Shown: positions 39,901 through 48,208 of the stretch, piece by piece
Layout of the letters: each line of letters opens with the position of its first letter
How positions within the stretch are numbered: position 1 is the stretch's first letter
Origin: Malacoraja senta
Lineage: Eukaryota
Reading direction: 5' to 3'
NCBI GenBank assembly: GCA_038087875.1
Contig: JAXLNO010000219.1
Span: forward strand, 62,001-126,000
Length of the DNA: 64,000 bases
Translations under genes and position numbers: made by a program
The notes under the pieces: model-generated
What the model saw: only the letters and a program-made list of their open reading frames with translations
Databases searched by the model: none
What the model was told of the DNA's origin: nothing

Positions 39901-40746
39901 GATAGACTAGGAATTAAAACGCTTGGTGACTTGTATGAAACTGGAAAATTACTTTCATTTCAACAATTACAAATAAAATATAAACTCGGAAATAATCAAT
40001 ATTTTAAATACTTTCAAATATGCGACTATTTGAAAAAATATATAAAGGATCATCATAATAACCCAGCAGATGTACTGGACGAGGCAATGCAGATAAAAGC
40101 GGAATCAGCAAACTTAATATCATATTTGTACAATATTATCTTAAATGTACAAATACCATCTACGGAGGGTATCAGAAGAGACTGGGAACAAGAGTTAGCT
40201 ATTAAAATTTCAAAGGAAAGTTGGAATGAATACTTATTAAAAGTACATAAATGCTCGATTAATGTAAGACACACTTTAATACAATTTAAAATTTTACATA
40301 GATTATATTATTCGAAAACTAAAATTCATAAAATTTTCCCAAACGTATCATCTATTTGTGATAAATGTCAATCCCAAGAAGCAACTATAGCGCACTCATT
40401 TGTCTTCTGTACAAAAATTCAAAAATTTTGGAATGAAATTTTTGAAATCTTTACAAAGTTATTTAAAACAAGACTGATACCCAAAGCAGAATGGATTATC
40501 TTCGGAATAACGGAAGATGATCCAGAACTAAATGTGTTTCAAAAGAAATTAATGGATTATGGGTTAATAACTGGAAAAAAGCTAATTCTAAAATTTTGGA
40601 AGAAGGCTCCAATACCAACTATAAATATGTGGATTTCAAATATGTTTGAAACACTACACCTTGAAGAGATAAGACTCCTCCTAGCAGGTAAATCAGATCA
40701 CTTCCACCTGACGTGGTCTGCATTTATAGAATTATTACAAACATAG
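36955..40746 (+). CDS. L1 ORF2p (APE endonuclease, RT, CCHC), 1263 aa, uninterrupted
   Basis: WNIRG, LQETH, GGDFN, SRIDY, SDHSP; PGPDG, DAEKAFD, RQGCSLSP, LYADD; CDKC...H...C. Confidence 0.96.
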   Translation: MHDTTQKNLGGVSFCSWNIRGINEPIKRGKILAQLKMYNSDITFLQETHLKPQDQVRLRAKWIGQTYHSSFTSKSRGTSIIIRKGIPFKAKNIITDIEGRYLIVNGEIHDTPLTLVNIYAPNFDNPHFFNKIFNIIAESNYQNVIIGGDFNCVLDPYLDKSSQKQRGNMKSKTGELLNTYINNTNIADVWRIVNPTGREYSFYSMVHKTYSRIDYFLLDTKLIPQTSNAIYHTNSISDHSPLTFFLKLEGLSKNNSFWRFNSQILKDPQASIYLKEQMEVFFQTNDTSDISPTLLWESFKAYIRGIIISYQAFQNKKNKNEQRQLEELIRQMDIDNAKDPSIDKHNKIIILKFKLNKLLSAKLIRLFQITKQEHFEFGDKPHKLLARQLKKREKEHTIPKIKSDKGELLTTPKDINKRFAQFYENLYTSKTTIDSNNITKFLDTCNLPKLELKEQEELGAQISIKELEDTINSLKNGKTPGPDGFTNEFYKNFYDKIIPRLQKMYQYAFKKRILPDTLAESTITLIPKKNKDLEEPGSYRAIALLNTDQKILAKTLARRLSKYISKLINPDQTGFIPKRYSSNNMRRLLNIMHSHKSEDQELSIISLDAEKAFDQVEWNYMDKVLQKFQLGENFILWIKLLYNKPTARILTNNILSSKFQLSRGNRQGCSLSPQLFALIIEPLAEKIRIHPDIHGYNTKDSYNKISLYADDILLYITKPQITIPNILNLIEDFGSFSGYRINWNKSEIMSIKPKDSTHLLKFPFKIATEKFKYLGIEITRAYQGMLRANFDPLLNKLNTLIKFWKTLPMSLIGRINAIKMIFLPQILYLFQSIPIYLPKKFFKKLDSDITNFIWDYKSHRIQKTHLNKSKVLGGLALPNFMYYYWSVNIKNMIQLMDNSAQQVDWIVMEKEDCSSRNIGAILLSPMKLNNINYNKNPIIHSTIRIWKQIKQNLKLRNLSLLLPIVNNPSFSPSIIDKAYTQWDRLGIKTLGDLYETGKLLSFQQLQIKYKLGNNQYFKYFQICDYLKKYIKDHHNNPADVLDEAMQIKAESANLISYLYNIILNVQIPSTEGIRRDWEQELAIKISKESWNEYLLKVHKCSINVRHTLIQFKILHRLYYSKTKIHKIFPNVSSICDKCQSQEATIAHSFVFCTKIQKFWNEIFEIFTKLFKTRLIPKAEWIIFGITEDDPELNVFQKKLMDYGLITGKKLILKFWKKAPIPTINMWISNMFETLHLEEIRLLLAGKSDHFHLTWSAFIELLQT

Positions 40747-43224
40747 GGTGCAAAAGTACTTTAAAAAAATAAAAAATTGAGGTCGGGTAAGGGGGGATGA
40801 TAGTTGAAGAGTTGGTATGTCCTATTTACGTGATGCTTAAAAAAAACATTTGTTTTTCTTTTTTTTCTCTTTCTCTTTTCTTTTCTTAGGGCCTATTTCT
40901 TAACTCTTTTTCTTTTTGTTTTTAATTTCGCTCTCATAGGGTCTTCGTCCTTTTTTGTTGTTACATTTTCTACACTTTTCTACACTTGCACTTTTTCCTT
41001 CACTTTCTTCTCTCTTTCAATCTTTTCTTTCTTTAGTGTAAAAAAATAAATAAAGGGAGTACATTAATTGTAAGAAGATATAAATGACGAGTATTAATGT
41101 ATGTGGCTGTGATGTAATGTACTTCTAATAAATACAAATTTAAAAAAAAAGAATTTTCTGAAGGATGGAGTGGCTTTAAAGGGGTGCCACTTACAGAAGG
41201 GACTTCACGGTGTGATATAGCAGTGAGATGTGGATAAGCTCGGATAGGTGTGCAGTAATATTGAACTCAGCGCTGCACGGAAATCTTCCAAGTAGATAAA
41301 ATTAAAATTAATTAAAAAATAAAAACTGCTGGAAATATTCCGCAGGTCGGTTTGCGTCTGTGGAAATAGAGACAAAAGTTAACATTTCAGGACAACGACC
41401 CTTCCACAGATGCAGTCTTCCTTACTGGGTGTTTTAATTAATGTTTCCTGCTTTTGTTTCACGCAATTTTCTTTCTCGTTTTATGTATAAATGTCAGTAT
41501 GTGATCTAAATCAAATAAATGTCAGAACATGGTTCAAAACGGTAGCGCTGATGCTTCGGGTGTAAGCAGTGCGATGCCGGACCAGGATCAAAGGTCAAAT
41601 GTTTCTAGGCAGTCTCGGCTCTCCATGCAGTCCGAGTCTCGCTGGATCCTCGTAATCCTCTGCCTCTGTCAAATAGGTGAGTTTAACCTGCCCCCCCCCC
41701 CCCAACCTCCCTCCACCTGAACTCACGCCTGGTCACCAAAGCAGCTCAGGAGGAGAACCCTGAGTTCCGTCTCCCAACAATTTGTAGGTCACATCAATAG
41801 ATGCGGCCGCGCTGAATTCTATCTTTAACTGAAAGCCGCAGGATGGAGATTAAAACAGACCTTCATTGAAGGTTGGCTCAAGAGTAACTCGGGAAAGGAA
41901 CTTGTTCACTCGGGAGACGAACTTGGAACATCGCAGAAATGACAGTTAACGGCAAACTTGAGTCATACTCGTGGGAACTCGGTTAAACTCTTGATCATAC
42001 ACTTGGAATCTCGTGCACAACCACGAGTCTTTCGCTCGGGGTACCTCGTGAATCAGCTCGCACAGTGTGACAGGGCTTTTAGCTTCCACTCAGCAGGGAG
42101 CAGGGGTAATGCTGCATCCTGACTGTATTCTCCTGCAATCTGGATCTGAACGAGAGACTCTGGATGTCTATATGTGTTTTGGGCTCTGCAGTAAACTACA
42201 GGCATAGCTGTGCTTTTACAGCAACGAATCCTTTTAGACAGGTCAAAAGATTTAACATGTTTGAGCATTTCAATTAATAATTCATGTAATGGAAACAGCC
42301 ACTGAATCAAAGTGTTCAGAAATGATTTGATAAGAGCAGAGTATAGTTGCAGAGTTAAATTACCAGTGCTGTGCATTTTACTAGTTGTCCGAATCATGTA
42401 ATTATAAACGGCCTTTATGTAGTACTAATCTCTGCACTTTTTGGATAAATGATATCCACCCAAGGAGATATTAAGGGAGACGATTAAAAGCTTAGCTCAA
42501 AAAGTAGTTTTTTATAAAAAAGGGAAGGAAAGGCGAAGATGTTTATGAAAGAATTCTACAGCATAGAACCTTGGAAGCTGAAGATTATATTCAGGAATTG
42601 ACAAGAAGCCAGGATTTGAGAAGTATGGAGATCTTAGGAAGTTCTGGGAGGTTACAGAGAATGGGAAGAGGAAAGGCAGAATGCCTGGAGAAAAGGAATA
42701 GGTGAAGAAGGGTTTCGACACGAAACGTCACCTATTCAATTTTCTCCAGGGATGCTGACTGACCCACTGAGTTACACCAGCTTGGCCGGCTATCTATGGG
42801 AAGAGGCAAGGACTTGGAGGGAGAATTGTCTACTATTGATAGTAAGTTATTTCCAAAAACAGGCAGAATTCTGTTAAAATCTTGAAAAAGCACAGAGCTT
42901 TTAGAATGAATTTGAAAACTGTTAATAGATGTTGGGTGTCAGCACCACCATTTCAGAAGCAGAAATCAAATTGATTTGTGAAAGTTTCCTGCTGGTTTCA
43001 TTGAATCATCCCATGAGTGGCTTTACAGCAGGTGCCAGGAAAGTGATTTATCATTCTATAAATAAATGCTGGCAGAGAAGAAACATCACTATCTGCAGCT
43101 GAATGACACCGAGACCCTGTGAATATTCAACTGGGACTTTAACATATTAGTTAGTGACTTTTTATTTAATGTAAAACATGCAAAAATTCAGAAACGCTGC
43201 ATAATCTTTTCTAAGACACTCAAA

Positions 43225-44360
43225 CTGGTCGCCCCATTACAGGAACAATGTGGAGGCTTTGGATAGGGTACAGAATAGGTATACCAGAATGCTGCCTGGA
43301 TTAGAGGGAATTATCTACAAGAAGAGGTTGAACAAACTTGGATTGTTTTCTCTTGAGAGTTGGTGGCTGAGGGGTGGCCTGGATAGAAGTGTGTATCATT
43401 TTGAGAGGCATGGATAGGGTAGATGGTTAGAACCTTTTTGGAAGTCAAACCAGAACACAATCTTCACAGTGAATGCCAGGGCTCTGGGGGAATGTTGTAG
43501 AGCAGAGGGATCTAGGAGTATTAAAATATATTTCCCTGAAAGTGGAGTCGCTGGAAGATAGGATACTGAAGAAAGCTTTTGGCACTTTGGCCTTCATTAG
43601 TCAAGATACTGAGTATAGAATTTGGGAAATGACAATGCACTTGGAGTATTGTGATTAGTTTTGGTCAATTTGATACAGGAAGAATGTCATTACATAGATA
43701 CATAGAAAATAGGTGCAGGAGTAGGCCATTCGGCCCTTCGAGCCTGCACCGCCATTCAATATGATCATGGCTGATCATCCAACTCAGTATCTCGTACCTG
43801 CCTTCTCTCCATACTCCCTGATCCCTTTAGCCACAAGGGCCACATCTAACTCCCTCTTAAATATAGCCAATGAACTGGCGTCAACTACCCTCTGTGGCAT
43901 TAAACTGGAAATGGTGCAGAGAAGATCTAAGAGGATGTTGCCATGAATGTAGGGCCTGAGCTATAGTGAGAAATTGGGCAGGCTAGGAATGTATTCTTTG
44001 TAATGCAGGAGGCTGAGGGGTGATTTGGTAGAGGTGTACAAAAACATGAGGAGTAGATAGGGTGAATGCACAGAATCTCTTTCCAAAGATAGGGGAATCA
44101 AAAACTAGATGTCATAGGTTTATGGTGAGAGGGAAAGTATGTAATAGGAACCTGAAGAGCAACATTTTCAAATAGAGGGTGGTGGGTACATGGAACGAGC
44201 TGGCAGAGGTAGTTGAGGCAGGTACAATAACAACATTTAAAATACATTTGGACATGCACTTGATTAGGAAATATTTTGAAAGATATGGGTCAAACATGGG
44301 AATATTGGACAAGCTTAGATGAGGGATCTTGGTTGGCAGGGACTGAAGGGCTTGTTTCCC
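43225..44360 (+). mobile_element. Old CR1/HER1 LINE fragments
   Basis: Degenerate RT C-terminal segments (SPHYR..VEAL.RVQ.R.TRMLPGL) and a gaagggcttgtttcc tail. Confidence 0.65.
43693..43897 (-). mobile_element. Short young CR1 3' end
   Basis: Near-identical to the reverse complement of 48093-48300; candidate TSD catta (43688-92 / 43898-902). Confidence 0.85.
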
Positions 44361-44420
44361 TGACTCAAGTATTTTTTTTATTTTTTATTTTTATTAGAAG
44401 TCATACACAGTAGTATAAAC

Positions 44421-45176
44421 TTGTCGTTCCTCGACAAGTCCTACAGTACGATTATTACACCTAAGGTACTGGAAGAGAGAAGGTGGGAGACGGTGAGAAA
44501 GGGAGGGAAGCATGGAATGCCAACGTCCCCGGGTGTTGTACCTCTTGTGAACAGGTTCACCCACTTAGAAGCTGTTGGGACAGAAGACGTGTTTACACTG
44601 AGCGGCGGACTGGCTTGCGATGCGAATAGGGCTGTTGAGCCAAAACCAAAAAGGCCTAAGGCAGGCAACGCCATTGTAGTGGGAGACTCCATTGTGAGAG
44701 GTACGGACAGGGGTTTCTGTGGCAACAGACAGGATGCGAGGATGGTGTGCTGCCTTCCTGGTGCCAGGATCCAGGATGTCACGGACAGAGTGCAGAAAAT
44801 CCTCAAGGGCGAAGGTGAACATCCGGAAGTGGTAGTGCATGTCGGCACAAACGATGTCGGAAAGAAGGGGATGAATATTCTGCAGCGTGACTTTAGAGAG
44901 CTCGGAAAAATGCTGAAAAGCAGGACCTCCAGGGTTGTTATCTCCGGTTTGCTTCCAGTTCCTCGTGCTGGCGAGAGCAGGAACAGGGAGATACGGGACC
45001 TGAACGTGTGGCTCAGGAACTGGTGCACGGGGCAGGGATTTAGATTCTTAGATCACTGGGATCTGTTTTGGGGTAAGGGGGAACTGTACAAAAGGGACGG
45101 ATTGCATCTTAACAGGTGTGGGACCAGCATTCTGGCAGGCAGGTTTGCCACTGCTACACGGGTGGTTTTAAACTGA
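44421..45176 (+). CDS. CR1 ORF1 C-terminal part with SGNH/GDSL esterase domain (no true start codon)
   Basis: VVGDSIVRG, LPGA, HVGTND and DGLH correspond to SGNH blocks I, II, III and V. Confidence 0.88.
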   Translation: MSFLDKSYSTIITPKVLEERRWETVRKGGKHGMPTSPGVVPLVNRFTHLEAVGTEDVFTLSGGLACDANRAVEPKPKRPKAGNAIVVGDSIVRGTDRGFCGNRQDARMVCCLPGARIQDVTDRVQKILKGEGEHPEVVVHVGTNDVGKKGMNILQRDFRELGKMLKSRTSRVVISGLLPVPRAGESRNREIRDLNVWLRNWCTGQGFRFLDHWDLFWGKGELYKRDGLHLNRCGTSILAGRFATATRVVLN

Positions 45177-48100
45177 ATAAGGGGGGTGGGGTGTTGAATG
45201 GGATAGCGGAGGATGGAGTTAAAGGGAAAGGGTTTCTTAAATGTGTGAGCGTAGAGACAGAGGAGTGTAAAATGAGGGTAGAAGCAATAGGTAGCAAGGT
45301 GAAAAGTAAAAGTGGAAGACAGACAAAACCAGGGCAAAAATCAAAAAGGGCCACTTTTCAACATAATTGTATAAGGGGTAAGAGTGTTGTAAAAACAAGC
45401 CTGAAGGCTTTGTGTCTCAATGCAAGGAGCATTCGTAATAAGGTGGATGAGTTGAATGTGCAGATAGCTATTAATGTCTATGATATAGTTGGGATCACGG
45501 AGACATGGCTCCAGGGTGACCAAGGCTGGGAGCTGAACATCCAGGGATATTCAATATTCAGGAGGGATAGAGAGAAAGGAAAAGGAGGTGGGGTAGCGTT
45601 GCTGGTTAGAGAGGAGATTAACGCAGTGGAAAGGAAGGACATTAGCTTGGAGGATGTGGAATCGGTATGGGTAGAGCTGCGAAACACTAAGGGGCAGAAA
45701 ACGCTGGTGGGTGTTGTGTACAGGCCACCTAGCAGTAGTAGTGAAGTTGGGGATGGCATCAAACAGGAAATTAGAAATGCGTGCGACAAAGGCAAAACAG
45801 TTATAATGGGTGACATCAATCTACATATAGATTGGGTGAATCAAATTGGCAGGGGTGCTGAGGAAGAGGATTTCTTGGAATGTATGCGGGATAGTTATCT
45901 AAATCAACATGTAGAGGAACCAACGAGAGAGCAGGCTATTTTAGACTGGGTATTGAGTAATGAGGAACGGTTAGTTAGCAGTCTTGTTGTACGTGCCCCC
46001 TTGGGCAAGAGTGACCATAATATGGTTGAGTTCTTCATTAGGATGGAGAGTGACATTGTTAATTCAGAAACAATGGTTCTGAACTTAAAGAAAGGTAACT
46101 TTGAGGGTATGAGACATGAATTGGCCATGATTGACTGGCAATTAATTCTAAAAGGGTTGACGGTGGACATGCAATGGAAGACATTTAAAGACTGCATGGA
46201 TGAACTACAAAAATTGTTCATCCCAGTTTGGCAAAAGAATAAATCAGGGAAGGTAGTGCATCCGTGGATAACAAGGGAAATCAGGGATGGTATCAAAGCG
46301 AAAGATGATGCGTACAAATTAGCCAGAAAAAGCAGCATACCAGAGGACTGGGAGAAATTCAGAGACCAGCAGAGGAGGACAAAGGGCTTAATTAGGAAAG
46401 GAAAAATAGATTATGAAAGAAAACTGGCAGGGAACATAAAAACTGACTGCAAAAGTTTTTATAAATATGTAAAAAGAAAGAGATTAGTTAAAACAAATGT
46501 AGGTCCCTTGCAGTCAGAAACAGGTGAGTTGATCATGGGGAACAAGGATATGGCGGACCAATTGAATAACTACTTTGGTTCCGTCTTCACTAAGGAAGAC
46601 ATAAATAATCTGCCGGAAATAGCAGGGGACCGCGGGTCAAAGGAGTTGGAGGAATTGAGTGAAATCCAGGTTAGTCGGGAAGTGGTTTTGGGTAAATTGA
46701 ATGGATTAAAGGCCGATAAATCCCCAGGGCCAGATAGGCTGCATCCCAGAGTACTTAAGGAAGTAGCTCCAGAAATAGTGGATGCATTAGTAATAATCTT
46801 TCAAAATTCTTTAGATTCTGGAGTAGTTCCTGAGGATTGGCGGGTAGCAAACGTAACCCCACTTTTTAAGAAGGGAGGGAGAGAGAAAACGGGGAATTAC
46901 AGACCAGTTAGTCTAACATCGGTAGTGGGGAAACTGCTAGAGTCAGTTATTAAAGATGGGATAGCAGCACATTTGGAAAGTGGTGAAATCATTGGACAAA
47001 GTCAGCATGGATTTACGAAAGGTAAATCATGTCTGACGAATCTTATAGAATTTTTCGAGGATGTAACTAGTAGCGTGGATAGGGGAGAACCAGTGGATGT
47101 GGTGTATCTGGACTTCCAGAAGGCTTTCGACAAGGTCCCACATAAGAGATTAGTATACAAACTTAAAGCACATGGCATTGGGGGTTCAGTATTGATGTGG
47201 ATAGAGAACTGGCTGGCAAACAGGAAGCAAAGAGTAGGAGTAAACGGGTCCTTTTCACAATGGCAGGCAGTGACTAGTGGGGTACCGCAAGGCTCAGTGC
47301 TGGGACCCCAGCTATTTACAATATATATTAATGACCTGGATGAGGGAATTGAAGGCAATATCTCCAAGTTTGCAGATGACACTAAGCTGGGGGGCAGTGT
47401 TAGCTGTGAGGAGGATGCTAGGAGACTGCAAGGTGACTTGGATAGGCTGGGTGAGTGGGCAAATGTTTGGCAGATGCAGTATAATGTGGATAAATGTGAG
47501 GTTATCCATTTTGGTGGCAAAAACAGGAAAGCAGACTATTTTCTAAATGGTGGCCGACTAGGAAAAGGGGAGATGCAGCGAGACCTGGGTGTCATGGTAC
47601 ACCAGTCATTGAAAGTAGGCATGCAGGTGCAGCAGGCAGTGAAGAAAGCGAATGGTATGTTAGCTTTCATAGCAAAAGGATTTGAGTATAGGAGCAGGGA
47701 GGTTCTACTGCAGTTGTACAGGGTCTTGGTGAGACCACACCTGGAGTATTGCGTACAGTTTTGGTCTCCAAATCTGAGGAAGGACATTATTGCCATAGAG
47801 GGAGTGCAGAGAAGGTTCACCAGACTGATTCCTGGGATGTCAGGACTGTCTTATGAAGAAAGACTGGATAGACTTGGTTTATACTCTCTAGAATTTAGGA
47901 GATTGAGAGGGGATCTTATAGAAACTTACAAAATTCTTAAGGGGTTGGACAGGCTACATGCAGGAAGATTGCTCCCGATGTTGGGGAAGTCCAGGACAAG
48001 GGGTCACAGCTTAAGGATAAGGGGGAAATCCTTTAAAACCGAGATGAGAAGAACTTTTTTCACACAGAGAGTGGTGAATCTCTGGAACTCTCTGCCACAG

Positions 48101-48208
48101 AGGGTAGTCGAGGCCAGTTCATTGGCTATATTTAAGAGGGAGCTAGATGTGGCCCTTGTGGCTAAAGGGATCAGAGGGTATGGAGAGAAGGCAGGTACGG
48201 GATACTGA
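45116..48208 (+). CDS. CR1 ORF2 (APE endonuclease + RT); first ATG at 45272
   Basis: [58 protein letters not shown]. No internal stops. Confidence 0.95.
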   Translation: MWDQHSGRQVCHCYTGGFKLNKGGGVLNGIAEDGVKGKGFLKCVSVETEECKMRVEAIGSKVKSKSGRQTKPGQKSKRATFQHNCIRGKSVVKTSLKALCLNARSIRNKVDELNVQIAINVYDIVGITETWLQGDQGWELNIQGYSIFRRDREKGKGGGVALLVREEINAVERKDISLEDVESVWVELRNTKGQKTLVGVVYRPPSSSSEVGDGIKQEIRNACDKGKTVIMGDINLHIDWVNQIGRGAEEEDFLECMRDSYLNQHVEEPTREQAILDWVLSNEERLVSSLVVRAPLGKSDHNMVEFFIRMESDIVNSETMVLNLKKGNFEGMRHELAMIDWQLILKGLTVDMQWKTFKDCMDELQKLFIPVWQKNKSGKVVHPWITREIRDGIKAKDDAYKLARKSSIPEDWEKFRDQQRRTKGLIRKGKIDYERKLAGNIKTDCKSFYKYVKRKRLVKTNVGPLQSETGELIMGNKDMADQLNNYFGSVFTKEDINNLPEIAGDRGSKELEELSEIQVSREVVLGKLNGLKADKSPGPDRLHPRVLKEVAPEIVDALVIIFQNSLDSGVVPEDWRVANVTPLFKKGGREKTGNYRPVSLTSVVGKLLESVIKDGIAAHLESGEIIGQSQHGFTKGKSCLTNLIEFFEDVTSSVDRGEPVDVVYLDFQKAFDKVPHKRLVYKLKAHGIGGSVLMWIENWLANRKQRVGVNGSFSQWQAVTSGVPQGSVLGPQLFTIYINDLDEGIEGNISKFADDTKLGGSVSCEEDARRLQGDLDRLGEWANVWQMQYNVDKCEVIHFGGKNRKADYFLNGGRLGKGEMQRDLGVMVHQSLKVGMQVQQAVKKANGMLAFIAKGFEYRSREVLLQLYRVLVRPHLEYCVQFWSPNLRKDIIAIEGVQRRFTRLIPGMSGLSYEERLDRLGLYSLEFRRLRGDLIETYKILKGLDRLHAGRLLPMLGKSRTRGHSLRIRGKSFKTEMRRTFFTQRVVNLWNSLPQRVVEASSLAIFKRELDVALVAKGIRGYGEKAGTGY

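Larger units (their letters stand above)
34887..41150 (+). mobile_element. Full-length L1 LINE with two intact ORFs
   Basis: 5' end ttccggtggcgtcatg shared with the second L1; ORF1; ORF2; T-rich 3' UTR; AATAAA at 41127 and poly(A). Candidate short TSD agaatt (34883-88 / 41150-55). Confidence 0.95.
32691..42078. mobile_element. Non-autonomous PIF/Harbinger-like DNA transposon (~3.1 kb without the L1 it contains)
   Basis: Imperfect ~44-bp TIRs: aacccctgtctcactgtgcgagctgacccacgaggtaccccgag vs reverse complement aagccctgtcacactgtgcgagctgattcacgaggtaccccgag. TTA on both flanks (32688-90, 42079-81). Confidence 0.8.

Noticed and set aside
44441..47820. Antisense ORFs over the CR1 (and 35106-35543 over L1 ORF1)
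   Set aside because: Shadow frames of the sense ORFs, with no recognisable motifs.
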